DNA of 60,505 nucleotides, filler included, from Bilabrum cf. latius (GCA_965178125.1; 4 parts of 4 records of this genome joined end to end with filler, not necessarily neighbours in it); one strand, 5' to 3'. Positions 46,988 to 58,949 are shown, counted from the first letter of the whole stretch. Notes: a model not told the origin generated them from the sequence alone. Numbers and translations: made by a program.

Positions 46988-49406
46988 ATGGATTCCGGCC
47001 GGACCCGCGTGCGTGTTCGTACACCGATGCCGAAGAGGAAGAAGCGAAAGCCCGATGAGGGCATCGGCGGCACATGGCTGCCGGTCCACGCGACGCACGC
47101 GGCGGAGCTCCAGCGCAGCGGGGAGGCCGCGCTACACGCGCGTCGCGGAGCGCCGACACCAGCCGGGAGTCGCGCCCAAGGGAGCGGCGCCAGCAGGAGC
47201 GATAGTCTCGTCATCGATTACGATGACGCTCTTGTCGATGCCGGATTGTCAGCGCGTGAGGAGATCGGTCATCTCACGCGCAACAGAAGTACCTATGCGG
47301 ACTTCGAGCCGCAAAGGTTCGTCCACATGGTGAACGGTCGGCCAGTCGTGGTGCTCCCATGAAGCAATCGTAACATGACACGCATTCTTTTGTGTCGAGC
47401 ATTGGGTCTTACGCCATTTCGAGGAATTGTGATGTGTGGCATGATTTCACAGGACAGGACATGTTGGTCAATGCACGAGCTCTCGCAATTGTGAACCGGG
47501 GAACGAGCCCTTCGCCGCCCCGTCCCATGCCGGGAAACGAGCCTGCCGCCGTCCCGTGCATAAGCTCGTCACATGTCCTCATTGGCTTTTTGGGCAATCG
47601 GACCAATTTTTATTCCAGGCGCTAATTGTGACCCACTTCGGTGCCGACCCAAACGACGCCGGGACATACCTGGCGGAGAAGTTGTTGCCGCTGCAACCAC
47701 TGGTTTGCATCGCGCGGACGACCGCGCTGCCACCAGGATGCGATCGGTCGACGACCGTGCGCAGCTGGTGGGAGGATGGTAGCACGCATTAGGAAAGCAT
47801 AGAGTCATCACAGTGCGGATCGTGTTTGGTATCAGCATTCGATGTCATGTGCCATTGACGCCGACAACAGTCGTGCTAGCGGTGGCGTATACGCGTAATA
47901 GTACATGCCAGTGACCTCATGTCGTATGCGCAGGACTACTTCATCCCGCTGGCGCTCGACGAGCGCTGGCCCGATGACGTCCTCTTTTTGTGCTTTGAAG
48001 AGGACTTTCGCTTCGAGCCGGACGCGGCGCCGGCGCCGAGACCACGCGGAAGCGTGGCGCTGGAGCTGCAAGCGATGCGCGACGCAGGCAGGAGCCTCCA
48101 GCCCCCTGCAGGCGCTCAGCAGCCGCAGCCGGACCGGCGGCTGAAACAGGCGGATGAGCACGTATTTTTTGACGGGGAGGGGTCAGTAGGCATGATAGCA
48201 TGAAGGAATCGCAGGCGTGAGCCTTTCGCCACCTGTGATGGTCGCACAGTCGCCGCCGAGTTCATGCAACGTGCCCGTGCATGAGTACGCATCTTCTTTC
48301 CATTTCTCGAAGCTGTCGCACCCATATCGCAGGCGGGCCACTTCGTCGCGATCCAGTTGCGGCCGACGGAACGCCACATCGCGTGCCCACAAGTTCTAGA
48401 AGATTTGTGTGCCATAGCAACGCAAGCGCATCGTGCGAGCTGCGGTAACATCGTCTGGGGCGGATGGGCACCCGGCAATCCGGGACAGAGCGTGCGCGAT
48501 GAGGCACAATTTGGCTTCGGATCGCAGTTCATCATGATGACGAAGAGCGGCGCGACGACGATGCTAGAGTCCATGAAGAAAACCGATGAACTCGGGGGAA
48601 CCCGAGGGCACTGGGACCTGGACTTGAAATGGTTCCTTGGAATCAAGGGTCCAGCGGCCCGAGCGTGCTACGTCGTACCCGGAATCGGCGCGTGCGTGGA
48701 GCATGTGTCCCACTGCGACACTGCACATGGGCCAGGTTGGGTGCGCCCGTCTGCGTGGACAGAGCGTTGGGTGTGCCCAGGAACGCGCCGCAGTCAAGAC
48801 CCCCGCGGACGGGAGAAGTTCCTCGCGAGCTTCGAGAAGAAGGGCAAGTGCCGACGTCTCGCGACGCTGGCCGACGAGCCTGCGCCGGCCGCGCACCGAT
48901 GGCTCAGCCATTGGGCGTCCCCGGAGCCCATGCCAACATGGGCCGTAAGCCCAGCGGACGCCGACGCTTGGTTCGCCGATCCACGGGCGGTGCGGCCGCC
49001 GACGCGCGACGAAGGTGGCCGATTTTCCTTTTTCTTTTGGGGTTAGGAGTTGAAACGTCCGTGCTATAGCGCTGAAAAAAACGGGCGGGGCGGGCGTGCA
49101 TCAACCACAGGCGAGGCGCAGTCGTTCACGACGAAGGGCCGCGGCCGCAAGGGAAAAGGCGGCGGACGGTCGGGTCGGAACGAGCCTTCAGCCGCCGATC
49201 CCACCGTCGAAACCGCCGGTGCCGACTCCTCAGGGCCGCCGCGCACCCAACGAGAGCAGCGCCGTTTGAGACAGATCGGCCACAGCTTCGGGTACCGCTA
49301 TTGGGTGCGCGACTCAACGGAGGCGGAACAGGGGACTCCACAATTCAGGAACCTATCAAAAGAATTTCGGAGCATGAGTGTTGCGATGATAGCATTCGGA
49401 CCGTGA
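46988..49406 (+). CDS. Probable multi-exon glycosyltransferase family 25-like gene
   Basis: VLFLCFEEDF (LILEDD-like), NIVWGGW, FGSQFIMMTKSGATTML, GHWDLDL, ACYVVP spread over ORFs 47919-48203 and 48357-49046; AG|G acceptor-like sites (ttccag|gcg, cgcag|gac, ttag|gag). Confidence 0.5.
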
Positions 49407-50959
49407 CGTCACGCCAGTCCGCGCCACATTCCACAATGGAATCGTTGTCATGTCGAAGCAACAGTGGCTCGACGAGGGCCGAACTATCTTGCGGCCAACC
49501 GTGTCCGCACGATGCGAACGCGTGCACACGCGTCAGGGTTCCCGGGTAGCACGCTAGCATACAAAGGCTGACTTCGTGTACGCCGCGCGGAACAGCATCC
49601 AGCGGATGTCGCAGGACACGAACGTGGCGTACGCGCGCTGGAGCCGGCAGCCGGTGCCGCTGCCGCAGTGACAGCCGTCGACGACGGCGAGGCCTTCTGA
49701 AAGGATTTTTGTCCCGCATGATGCTGCGCAATCAGCAGACCTAGACAACATGGGAATGCGAACGCGTAATGGACCAGTCACATCTTATGCGTTCCGACAT
49801 TTTGTGCAGGCGACCATCCGCGCGATCTGTCCGCTTCACCATCTTCCCGCCCCTTACCATCACCAGCCCCGCCTCCCACCCCGACTGACCCCACGCACAC
49901 TCCACCGACACCCCCTCCCCCACCAACATCATCCCGCTCCTATCCCGGCCTCCCCACCGCCAGCCCAGAGTCGTTTCGAGCAGCCGATTCGCACCAGGCA
50001 CGGAAAAGGCCCGGTGATGCAAAACGCTCAAATCTTCCATACCACTATTGGATCCGCGACCGCACGAGAGCCGAACCCGGCGCTCCACAATCATCCGGCT
50101 TATCGGGCATTTTTGGGTCACGCATGTTCTGGTCGCAGCACGAATACCGTCGAGTTCTGTCAGGAACCGCAAGCAGTCAGGGTACATTCGTTCTCATATC
50201 AGTGCGACGGCGACCACGCAAAGAACCGATTTGCGTAACAGCCGACCATGCAGCGCAAACTATGCGACGGCAAGCGAATGTGTCAGCGAGCTCGCGACAA
50301 GTACGCTAGCATACTGAGGTCACGCTCCGATACGCTGCGAATGACGGCATTGGACCACGACTGCGGAACGCAAACAGGTTGCACGCGCGCTGGAGTTGCC
50401 GGCCGGCACCTTTGCCGCCGGGGCAGCCGTCGACGGCGGCGAGGCGCGAGGACGGAACACGCGCCTCACCGGACGGTGCGTCGCCAGCACGGCTACGCGA
50501 CTCGGGTGCGCGAAACCGACTTTGATCGAGCGCATGTGACGCGCTCCGACATCATCGACAGGCAACCACCCGCTCGACCATCCGTCCTAACCCTCTCCTC
50601 GACCTACCACTTTCATCCCCACCTACCCGTCCCGACACACCCACGCGCACGAACAACCCGCCCCCCATCCACATACTCCTCCCTCCCTCCCATTGGCCTC
50701 CCGACCCGCAGCCCCGACCACCCCAGAGCGCATCCGGCACCGTGTTGGTCGTGTGTAAGATGTGACACGATCTGGGATGCCAAGGCTTGTGTATCAATGC
50801 ACATGCTGTCGAGATTGTCAGCCGAGGAAGGAACCATCGCGGCTCCATCTTCAGCCGGGAAACGAGCCTTCAGCCGTCCCGCGCATGAAGTGGTCTCATG
50901 TCGTCAGTATCTCCGTTGCGCAATCGAACGTTCCTTATGTTTGGCAGTAAGCGTGCTCA

Positions 50960-51307
50960 CCCGCCCGCGCCCGCCCGCCCGCCCGCCCGCGCCCGCGCGC
51001 CCGCCCGCGCCGGCCCGCGCGCCCACGCGCGTCCGACCGCCCATCCGCAAGCGCCCGCCCGCCCGCCCGTTCGCGCCCGCCCGTCCGCCCGCCCGTCCGC
51101 CCGCCCGCCCGCCCGCCCGCCCGCGCAGGCGACCGCCCGCACGTCCGAGCGCCCGCCCGCCCGCCTGAGCGCCCGTCCGCCCGTCCGCCGGCTCGCGCGC
51201 CCGCGCGCCCGCCTGCCTGCCCGCCCGGCCGCCCGCCCGCGCACACGCTCGCCCGCCCGCACACCCGCTCGCCCGCCCGTCCACCCGCCTGCCCACCCGC
51301 CCGCCCA
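50960..51307 (-). repeat. (GCCC)n tract upstream of the transposase (similar tracts at 57250-57590 and 59140-59400)
   Basis: Direct inspection. Confidence 0.9.
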
Positions 51308-51735
51308 CTGGTGACGTTGGCGAAACGACAGTCTCGCTGTGCCCATCTCCACCATATCGAAATGATGAAACGAGCCCGTCGCCGTCTTCATTTCGATCTC
51401 AGCATGATCGCAGAATCGATCAGACATAATCGCTCCGGCACGCAATTACGGGAAAGTGCAGTCACCCGCAAGTCTACGCGGATGGCAGGGCGCGCGGACA
51501 TCTGCACACGTACCACCGGCCGAGTGACAACAACACAAAGGTGCGCGCGACACACCGATGCCATGCACCAACGCAGGGGCGCATGTTCGGAAAGGTGGCT
51601 CAGGATCGAGGGCACTGTCAAAAACGGGCCTTGACATGAGGCTTTCCATCAGTGGCTCGCCCACGCATTGCCCTCGGCTCGAGACACATCCTAATATGCT
51701 TGAGTACGATCGAATCGTTCCACCACACTCGAGCC

Positions 51736-53649
51736 ATGGAAGCGACAATCGCGTCGCTCGCGAACGCGACGCGGACGCTTCAGCAAGCAGTTCGTCGTGC
51801 CAGAGAGCAATACCGGCGACAAACAGCTCGCATAGCACAACTGGAGCGGCACGGCCGATTTTTGGCGGTCATCGTCGACGTCGTCACCGCAGAAGCTTAT
51901 CTGCGCCAGAAGTGGCGGAATGCACCGGCTCCGACTCTTAACGACGCGATCGCAAATCTTCGCGCATGGCACGCTACTCTTACGGAAGACGATGTGCTCC
52001 GAGAGCAACAACGACCATGGACGCCCGAGCGTCTACAAGCTGCCACAATCACATCGCGGTTTTTGCGAGAACATGATCTGCACCGATGGGTTCACGAGCA
52101 GAACTTCGTGAATACACTCGCGCCGACGACGAACGTTTTCCTCGAGATTACGCAGGCTCACGGGTACCGATCCGCCGGAAACGCACCCAAGACATCTAGA
52201 AGAACACAAAGCATCCGACAGTGGTGCCGGCGCTGGCGGCGACGCTGGCAGGTGTCGCTCGGAACCGTGCCTCGACTCGATGCAGAATGTGTGGATCGAC
52301 GACGCCTAAAGGCCACCGAACAGTGGCAAAATCACATCCGACGTTTCACGAAGGAAACCAAAAACGGGGCCATATAGCGGCCCTGGTTTCGGGGTCTTCA
52401 CATATAGAACAAATACACTCTAGGCCCGGAAAACGCCCCCCAAATTTGAGTAAAAAGCCGGCCCAAAACGAATTTCGAGGCACGGGCGGTGTGGAAATGG
52501 TGCAACTTCTTGCAGACCTTCGCGCCGCCGGACAAGTGCCCGGTCCACGTGAACATGGACGAAACGAGCATCCGGCTCACGGCAGTTTCACAGGCAGGTT
52601 TTCTTGTGGAAGAGGCCCGACGCCGAGTTCGCGCAGCGGGAGGATTGCGTCAACCAACTCCGAAGCGTGAGATGCGGAGCATGATCACACAGATCGTCTT
52701 CATCGCCAACAACAGCGACATCCAACCGCACTTGCCAACCATATTCCTCTTCTCAGACCGCATTGTGAGTCGCGAGCAATTTGACGCGCTCCGCCTCGCG
52801 CTCCCTCCGAATGTGCTTCTCTTGCGAGGCGCAAAGGGGTGGATGACCACCAAATTAATGTGTCGCGCGCTGCGCGTGCTCGCGGATGCCCTCCATGCGT
52901 TCCGGGACACGCATCATTTTACTCTTAGCGCGGACACGTATCGCGCTCACCTGGGTCGCGCCGTATGGCATACGGCAAGTCGACTCAATTTCCACTACCA
53001 TTTAATCCCCGCGAAAATGACGTGGGCGCTCCAGCCTTGCGACACGCACGTCTTCGCGATTTACAAGCGCGCCATTGAACATGAATATCAGCTCCGCATC
53101 GCGCACGCGTTACCGCGCGAGCGATGGCCACATGCGCTTTTTCATGCCGTGCTGGCGGCATTCGATCGTGTCATACGGCGACGCACGTGGGATCAAGCAT
53201 TCCACAGCAATGGGCTTGACGGCTCGCAAATAGGTGTGTCAAAACGCGTTCTTAGTTTACTGCAGTGGCAAACAGTGCCCGAGGATGTGCATGAGTGGCC
53301 ATCGTTCCATGATTTACAAAGTCTCTTCCCGGATCGTAGCAATGTCGACCTCGATGCTGTTTTCGCCACTCTGCTGCATAGCCCGCGAATGCATCACATT
53401 CCACGCGCGCATCGCATGACATACCGGCGTCGGGCTGAGCGTTCTCCCATTGTCACCCGACGCGCGGCAGCCTTGACAGCGTCAGCCGAGTTAGTCCCAG
53501 AACCAGACACACCGGCGCCATGGCGACCCAGGACGCCGCCAGCGACGCCGACAGCGATCGCAGAACCGTCTCGCCGCCGCGATCCCCGGGGAGTGCGCCT
53601 GGGGCCACGGCCGTCGATGCCGTCATCGACAAAGGCGAGGAAGCTGTGA
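51736..53649 (+). CDS. Intact pogo/Fot1-type (Tc1/mariner superfamily) transposase; exons 51736-52311 and 52480-53649, about 581 aa
   Basis: CENP-B-like HTH segment (LHRWVHEQN...QWCRRWRRRW); NMDET, KGWMT, ADTYRAH, LQPCD with 35 residues between D2 and D3; a phase-0 GC-AG intron joins the two ORFs in frame. Confidence 0.85.
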
Positions 53650-54011
53650 TGGTCACAGCAGAAGCGCAAGAGGTAGAAGCGGCGCCGGCAAAGTCGGAAG
53701 CGTCGGACCAACCAAAGCCTCCGGCAGCGGTGGAGAACTCTGAGACTTTGCTCGAGTACATCGACCGCATGAGAGCGGAAAAAAACAAAGCGCGCGACCT
53801 GAAAAAGGAGGTCGCGAAGAACCTCAAAAACGCAGAGAGGAGGAAGGCGAGACTAAAGCGTAAGGCGCGTCAGTTGAACGACGAGGATCTCGTCGCAGTG
53901 CTGCAGATGCGACAGAATCCTCCGCAGGCGCGACCCGGCTCGTCAGGAGACGCAGTCTCTGTGACGGCTGTCAAGGCTGGTACAGCGAAAGCCAAAGCCA
54001 AGACGGGTTGA
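53520..54011 (+). CDS. Basic coiled-coil protein, 163 aa, overlapping the transposase 3' end
   Basis: ATG start; conservative substitutions relative to the contig-3 copies. Confidence 0.7.
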   Translation: MATQDAASDADSDRRTVSPPRSPGSAPGATAVDAVIDKGEEAVMVTAEAQEVEAAPAKSEASDQPKPPAAVENSETLLEYIDRMRAEKNKARDLKKEVAKNLKNAERRKARLKRKARQLNDEDLVAVLQMRQNPPQARPGSSGDAVSVTAVKAGTAKAKAKTG

Positions 54012-54289
54012 ACGGACGCCGCTCAGAGAGCACCCGTATTGTCAGCAGGAAGCACGCACATTCCCATCAGTCGAGGCACACCGCACACGAACTGACGCAG
54101 GAAAAAGAACCAACATAGAGGCAAAGAAAATACAAAATGTCAGTCTTCAAAGCCCAAAATGAACTCGAAATACGGGAAAAAGTTCTCCACATACAGTTTA
54201 AACACCACGATTGACCAAGAATAACAGCACAAAAACCTTCGAACAGGCGAGTTTTTTTCGAAAATCAGTTCTCGAAGGGAAAGCCCAAA

Positions 54290-54480
54290 CACTCGAAAAA
54301 AAGCGGTGTCACCGCCGACCTGTGTTTTTTTGAGGTATACAAAGAAAAACGGCCATTTTACTCGAAAAAAACCATGGTGCCACCAAAGCGGTGCCACCGC
54401 CCTATTAATATTTTTAAAGGGCCGAGAGTGGTGACACCGCTTTTTCTCGAGTAAAAAAAGAGGGCGGTGACACCACCTTT
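54290..54480. promoter_or_regulatory. Candidate replication origin: five GGTGNCACC palindromes around an AT-rich stem-loop containing TAATATT
   Basis: Motifs at 54305, 54376, 54390, 54430, 54466; GCCCT...AGGGC stem 54399-54422; diverged equivalent at ~36360-36550 and ~42307-42497. Confidence 0.4.
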
Positions 54481-55210
54481 GGGGCCCAAAAGAGGCGAAA
54501 AGAGGGGTCGCCGAAAGGCCTTTCCTCCAAGACTTGCGTCGACTTCACCTCATTGCAAGGGTTCCCGCGCAAACTAGGCGGCAGTGTGGTGCATGTGCTG
54601 GTGGAAGAGTTGTGTTAAGAAACGTGGTGTCGCACGAGTTCCCCCGGTGAGTCCTATGTGTCGTATGCTGCACACGGATTTTGAAGATGAGAGACAAAGG
54701 CATTCGAGAAAAGAAGCACTTCTAGAGAGAAGGGTGGGTATGTGTTGGGATAAGGATGCAACTCTAGGTGGTGTACTTGGCAGGTTAACGCGGGTAATCG
54801 GTGGATCATTGGGATGTCATGGTGGGAGCGGGCGGATAGGTGGGACGTCAATGAAGGTGGAAGGTGTAATGTGGGACAGGACACCCGGGCCAGGGTCTTG
54901 CGGCGTTCGTGAAACGTCAGGACATGGTGGGACCTCGTCTCTCTTGCGGAACCGAAGGGTCTCCTCGGGCACTTGTGCTCGGGTCTTGTGGCCTGTATCC
55001 TAGTTCCCGAAAAGGCGTTTGCGGCGGCTGTCAGGGGCATCCGAGCCGGGTCGTGTGACGGACTGCGACGGGCCCGGTAGAAGTAGAATGGTGTGGCATG
55101 GTCAGATGCGTTGTTGCTCGTGTTCTTGTGCACGGTGTCGGAATCCGATGCTGTTTGGCCTAGTGTCGTATGTCCTTCGCATTCATTGTGTTTCCCTTGT
55201 CCTTGTGACG

Positions 55211-56872
55211 ATGAATGTATCGTCATCCGCGCCGTCGTTGGATGACGTGGCTGTCATGTCGTCGCCCAAGTTGAAGCGCCGGCGTATGTCTGCGAAGGGC
55301 GTTCTGGCGTCGTCATATATCGACGTCGCGCAAACTCCGCCCACGTCGTCTTCTTCTTCTGGAGCTGCCGTCTCAACTGATAGTTCCGCTCAGGAGCCTT
55401 TTGCCCAGTGGAAGCTTTTAGCGGCGTCCTTGGGCGACATTCCGACGGTGCAGAGCATGCAGAACCGGACCATCAGGCAGCGTCGGGACTTTTTGAGCGG
55501 TCGGACACGTCTGTTTCTATGGCGAGCCGTCCAGAAAGGTTTGGAGATGCCTCCGGCGGTGCAGGTGCCGTCCCTGACGAGTGCGAAGTCCTTCCGTGAA
55601 TTTCGTGGCAAGTTCGCTGCATTGTCTTTGGAAGCGAAGAAAGCCGTGTCGCAGTTGTATCTGACGGCGGCCAACATAGACCGCGATCCAGTTGCCGATC
55701 TCCTGATTCCTCACAAGGAGACATGTGGCGCGCGTCGTAGGACTTTTATGACCTTCATTTCCGCAGAATGGCTTTTTGCGGATGCGGAGATTCGTGCGTG
55801 CGCGTCCGTAGACGACGCTGTGCTTTTGCTTATGCGTCGTGCCGACGTTATGCGTCTCTGGCACGAGTTTGTGTCCTATGCGCACGCGCTTGGGGAGTTC
55901 ATCGGAGCAACGCACCGGGCCATTTGTGCGGAGATATGTCCGCAGACCTTTCACCGAGAGCGGAGCGCTCAAGTGCATTTTCACGTGTGCTTTCTCCGAG
56001 GTGCGGTGCCCGGTTTCCTTCGCGTGGTCAATCACGGGGAAACGTCGTTTCGTGGCGTTTCCCCGCACGTGCGACCTCCCGAACGTTTCGAGGGCCGGTC
56101 GCGCAACGGTCTCGGCGAGTGGCTTCCATACTTTTACTGCTGTGTCGAGAAAGTCGGTCATCTGTGGACCGATTCCGACCGGCAGCCGTTCCGCGATTAC
56201 CCCGTGCACGCGCTGTGGGTCATGCAGCTGGCCCAGAGCGAAAAGCTGTCGACGGAGTCGGCGCGTTTGCTTCTTGAGCGCGTGGGCATAGGTGCGACTC
56301 GGTATCTATCCGACCTTGGTCTCATGGACCGGGCGCGCGCGCGCGAGCGCGTGGAAACGTACCGCCGCACGGTTGAAGCGCACTTCGCGTTGCGACGTCG
56401 CACGTGGAGAAGCCTGCCGGACGTCGAAGGTTGGCTCCGTCAGTACGGCGTTTTGATGGAGCGTTACCGCTTCCTAGTGTTGGACGGTCCAACATGCACC
56501 GGAAAAACGTCGTTCGCGCGGACGTTACGGCCCGAAGGCATGCGTGTGTTCGAAGTGAATTGTTCGGGCCAGACGTTGCCGTCACTAAAAGATTTTGACT
56601 GGGAACGGGACGGATTGATCTTGTTCGACGAGATCAGTCCCGCGATCGTTGTGGCGGAGCGGAAGCTTTTTCAGGCGTCGACGGCCCGCGTACAACTTGC
56701 AAGTTCGTCCACGAACTGCTACCAGTATGAAATTTTCACTCATCGAACACGCATGGTGTGCACATCGAATCATTGGGACACGGCTCTCCAAGCGTTGTCC
56801 GCCGAGGACCGCGCGTGGATTCTTGGCAACCAGACATACGTGTGGGAAAAAGACCCGTTGTGGATGGAGTGA
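55211..56872 (+). CDS. rep: CRESS-DNA-virus-like replication initiator: HUH endonuclease plus superfamily 3 helicase
   Basis: Motif I RTFMTF, motif II VHFHVCF preceded by ICAE, motif III YFYCCVEK, Walker A GPTCTGKT, Walker B ILFDE, motif C VCTSN; NLS-like PKLKRRR. First ATG inside the module is 55211. Confidence 0.88.
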   Translation: MNVSSSAPSLDDVAVMSSPKLKRRRMSAKGVLASSYIDVAQTPPTSSSSSGAAVSTDSSAQEPFAQWKLLAASLGDIPTVQSMQNRTIRQRRDFLSGRTRLFLWRAVQKGLEMPPAVQVPSLTSAKSFREFRGKFAALSLEAKKAVSQLYLTAANIDRDPVADLLIPHKETCGARRRTFMTFISAEWLFADAEIRACASVDDAVLLLMRRADVMRLWHEFVSYAHALGEFIGATHRAICAEICPQTFHRERSAQVHFHVCFLRGAVPGFLRVVNHGETSFRGVSPHVRPPERFEGRSRNGLGEWLPYFYCCVEKVGHLWTDSDRQPFRDYPVHALWVMQLAQSEKLSTESARLLLERVGIGATRYLSDLGLMDRARARERVETYRRTVEAHFALRRRTWRSLPDVEGWLRQYGVLMERYRFLVLDGPTCTGKTSFARTLRPEGMRVFEVNCSGQTLPSLKDFDWERDGLILFDEISPAIVVAERKLFQASTARVQLASSSTNCYQYEIFTHRTRMVCTSNHWDTALQALSAEDRAWILGNQTYVWEKDPLWME

Positions 56873-58157
56873 CGACAATATGCCTTTCGCATGCAATGAA
56901 CAACATTGCAGTCATGTCTTCAGCAATATGTTGTCGCTCCATCCACATGCAGGGCTGAATGGGAACCGGAGTCGTTACTCATCCCACTGCCCTACGGGTC
57001 GGGCAGAACGGGATCAGGAGTCTGCCACCCATCCCGCTGTCCTGTGCGTGTGGCACGTTCCGTCTTGATAGTGTGTTCGTCTCTGCGGATGTACAGGGAA
57101 TGCAGGGATGGATCTCGGTTGCGGTTGTTTTACTGTGTGTATAGGTCCGTCTTCGCGGTGACAGTCGTAACAGCTTGCTTGCGAGGCGTGCGGTCGACGT
57201 TTGAAATTGCGTGCTGTGGGTTCGTCATGGGGTTCTCGCCCCACTCGCTCGCGCCCGCCCGTCCGCGCCCGCTCGGCCGCCCGCGCTTGTTTGCGCGTTC
57301 GCCGCGCCCGCGCGGCCGCCGGCGCGCGTCCGCCCGTCCCCGCCCGCGCGCCCGTCCGTTCGCCCGTCCGCCTTCGCCCGTGGGCCCGTCCGCCCGCCCG
57401 TCCGTTCGCCCGCCCGCGCACCCGTCCGCTCGCCCGTGTGCGCGCCAGCGTGCCCGCCCGCGCATCTGCCCGCTCGGCCGTCCGTCCGCACGCCCGCCCG
57501 TTCGTCCGCCCGCTGTCCGTACGCCCGCCCATTTGCCCCTCTGCACATCCAGCCGCCTGCCTGTCCACGTGCCAGTCCGCCCGCCCGTGGTCCCATTCGA
57601 TATCTTTGCGCCATGAGATTTCTGCCATTGTTATCCGCACAATGCTGAAATGACGAAATGAGCCTGTCGCCGTCGTCATTTCGAGATGCGGAAAATTGCC
57701 AGGTTCAGCGTTCATAGTTGCTATGACATTTAATTGCAGTTCTCAAAGAATCAGCGCAGGGATCTCTGTGCATCATAAATGTACAAATGCATCCGCTTGC
57801 CGATCGTGCGCCGGGCGAAGACAGCGGACGAGAGTGCGCGATTCATCGTTTCCATGGAGGATCGTACTGGCGCGTGTTCGATCCAGTATGTATGACGGAT
57901 CACATTGTAGAAAGCTTGTGTTTTACATGAGGCTTCGCATGGGTAGTTTCGCCCTCACATCGCTGTCGGCTGAAGATGAATCTGCAAGCGATTGATCCAT
58001 CGCTTTGTGGCACGCAGCGTTTGCGAGTCGGGCATCATCGGACCGTAACCAGTACGAAAATTGTAGGCGTGATGCGTTGATGCAGGGTGATGTCAAGGGT
58101 ATTGAGTGATACGCGATTACGCGTTACATTCGAACGGACCATGACGGCACAGTCGTT

Positions 58158-58949
58158 TTGGCTGGCAGATTGCCTGTTTCGGAGGCCCAACGTCGCATCC
58201 TGTCGTGTCGCGTTTCCTTCTTCGCCAGTCCGGCCCGTGCCATGGCTTGCAGTTCGGATGCAGCGGCGACAGCGACGCAAAAACGCTCGCGGAACTCGAT
58301 GTGCCAGGCGGATTCGCGTCTGATGGAAGTGAAGCTTGACGTCCGGGATGGTGTCGTGCTTGTGGCAACTGAGAAGCGGGACTGGTGTGCCAAGCTAGTT
58401 TTCGCAAAGCCTGGCGAAGTCGTGCTGGCGCCCGCTGGTATGCACGTTCCTGACATTGCGGATTGTTTTTTACGTTTGGATAGCTTGATGTGCGGCATGT
58501 GCGATGAGATGGTTGCGTATGACCAGCTTACAGTGTCTGGTCAGCAGCGGGCGCACAGACGATTGTATAGATTGTTGACGGACTTGAAGCATCGCACCTT
58601 GTGTGGTCGAGGCCGCATCGTTTGCCGACGGTGCGGCTGTTCCGACTTCACGTCTGCGAAGACATACTTGTCGAACATGTGCCAGAAGGGCGTTGTCGAC
58701 GTTCATGTGTGTTTTAACGTTCGAATCGTGGATGCTGGGCATTGTGTCGCAGACTCCACTCGCTCTTTTGTTCTGGGGCAAGGCAATCAGAAGATGGTGG
58801 AGGGCCTTGTCTTTGCTGAGTCAGCGGAGCATTTGCGTGGTTATTTTGAGGAGTGCACGCATCCGATGGAACTACAGGATCCCATCACGACCGTGATGGA
58901 CACAGACTCGTCAGGGTGTGACGACGGGGCGCACGACTCTTGCCCGTAA
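58158..58949 (+). CDS. Cys-rich hypothetical protein (true start probably near 58300)
   Basis: CGMC and CRRCGC pairs, possible Zn ribbon; lies inside the Rep module. Confidence 0.55.
   Translation: MAGRLPVSEAQRRILSCRVSFFASPARAMACSSDAAATATQKRSRNSMCQADSRLMEVKLDVRDGVVLVATEKRDWCAKLVFAKPGEVVLAPAGMHVPDIADCFLRLDSLMCGMCDEMVAYDQLTVSGQQRAHRRLYRLLTDLKHRTLCGRGRIVCRRCGCSDFTSAKTYLSNMCQKGVVDVHVCFNVRIVDAGHCVADSTRSFVLGQGNQKMVEGLVFAESAEHLRGYFEECTHPMELQDPITTVMDTDSSGCDDGAHDSCP

Noticed and set aside
49938-49955. TCCTATCCC similarity with ~59906-59915 as a TSD or terminal direct repeat
   Set aside because: Short, imperfect, in C-rich sequence and offset from the homology boundary.
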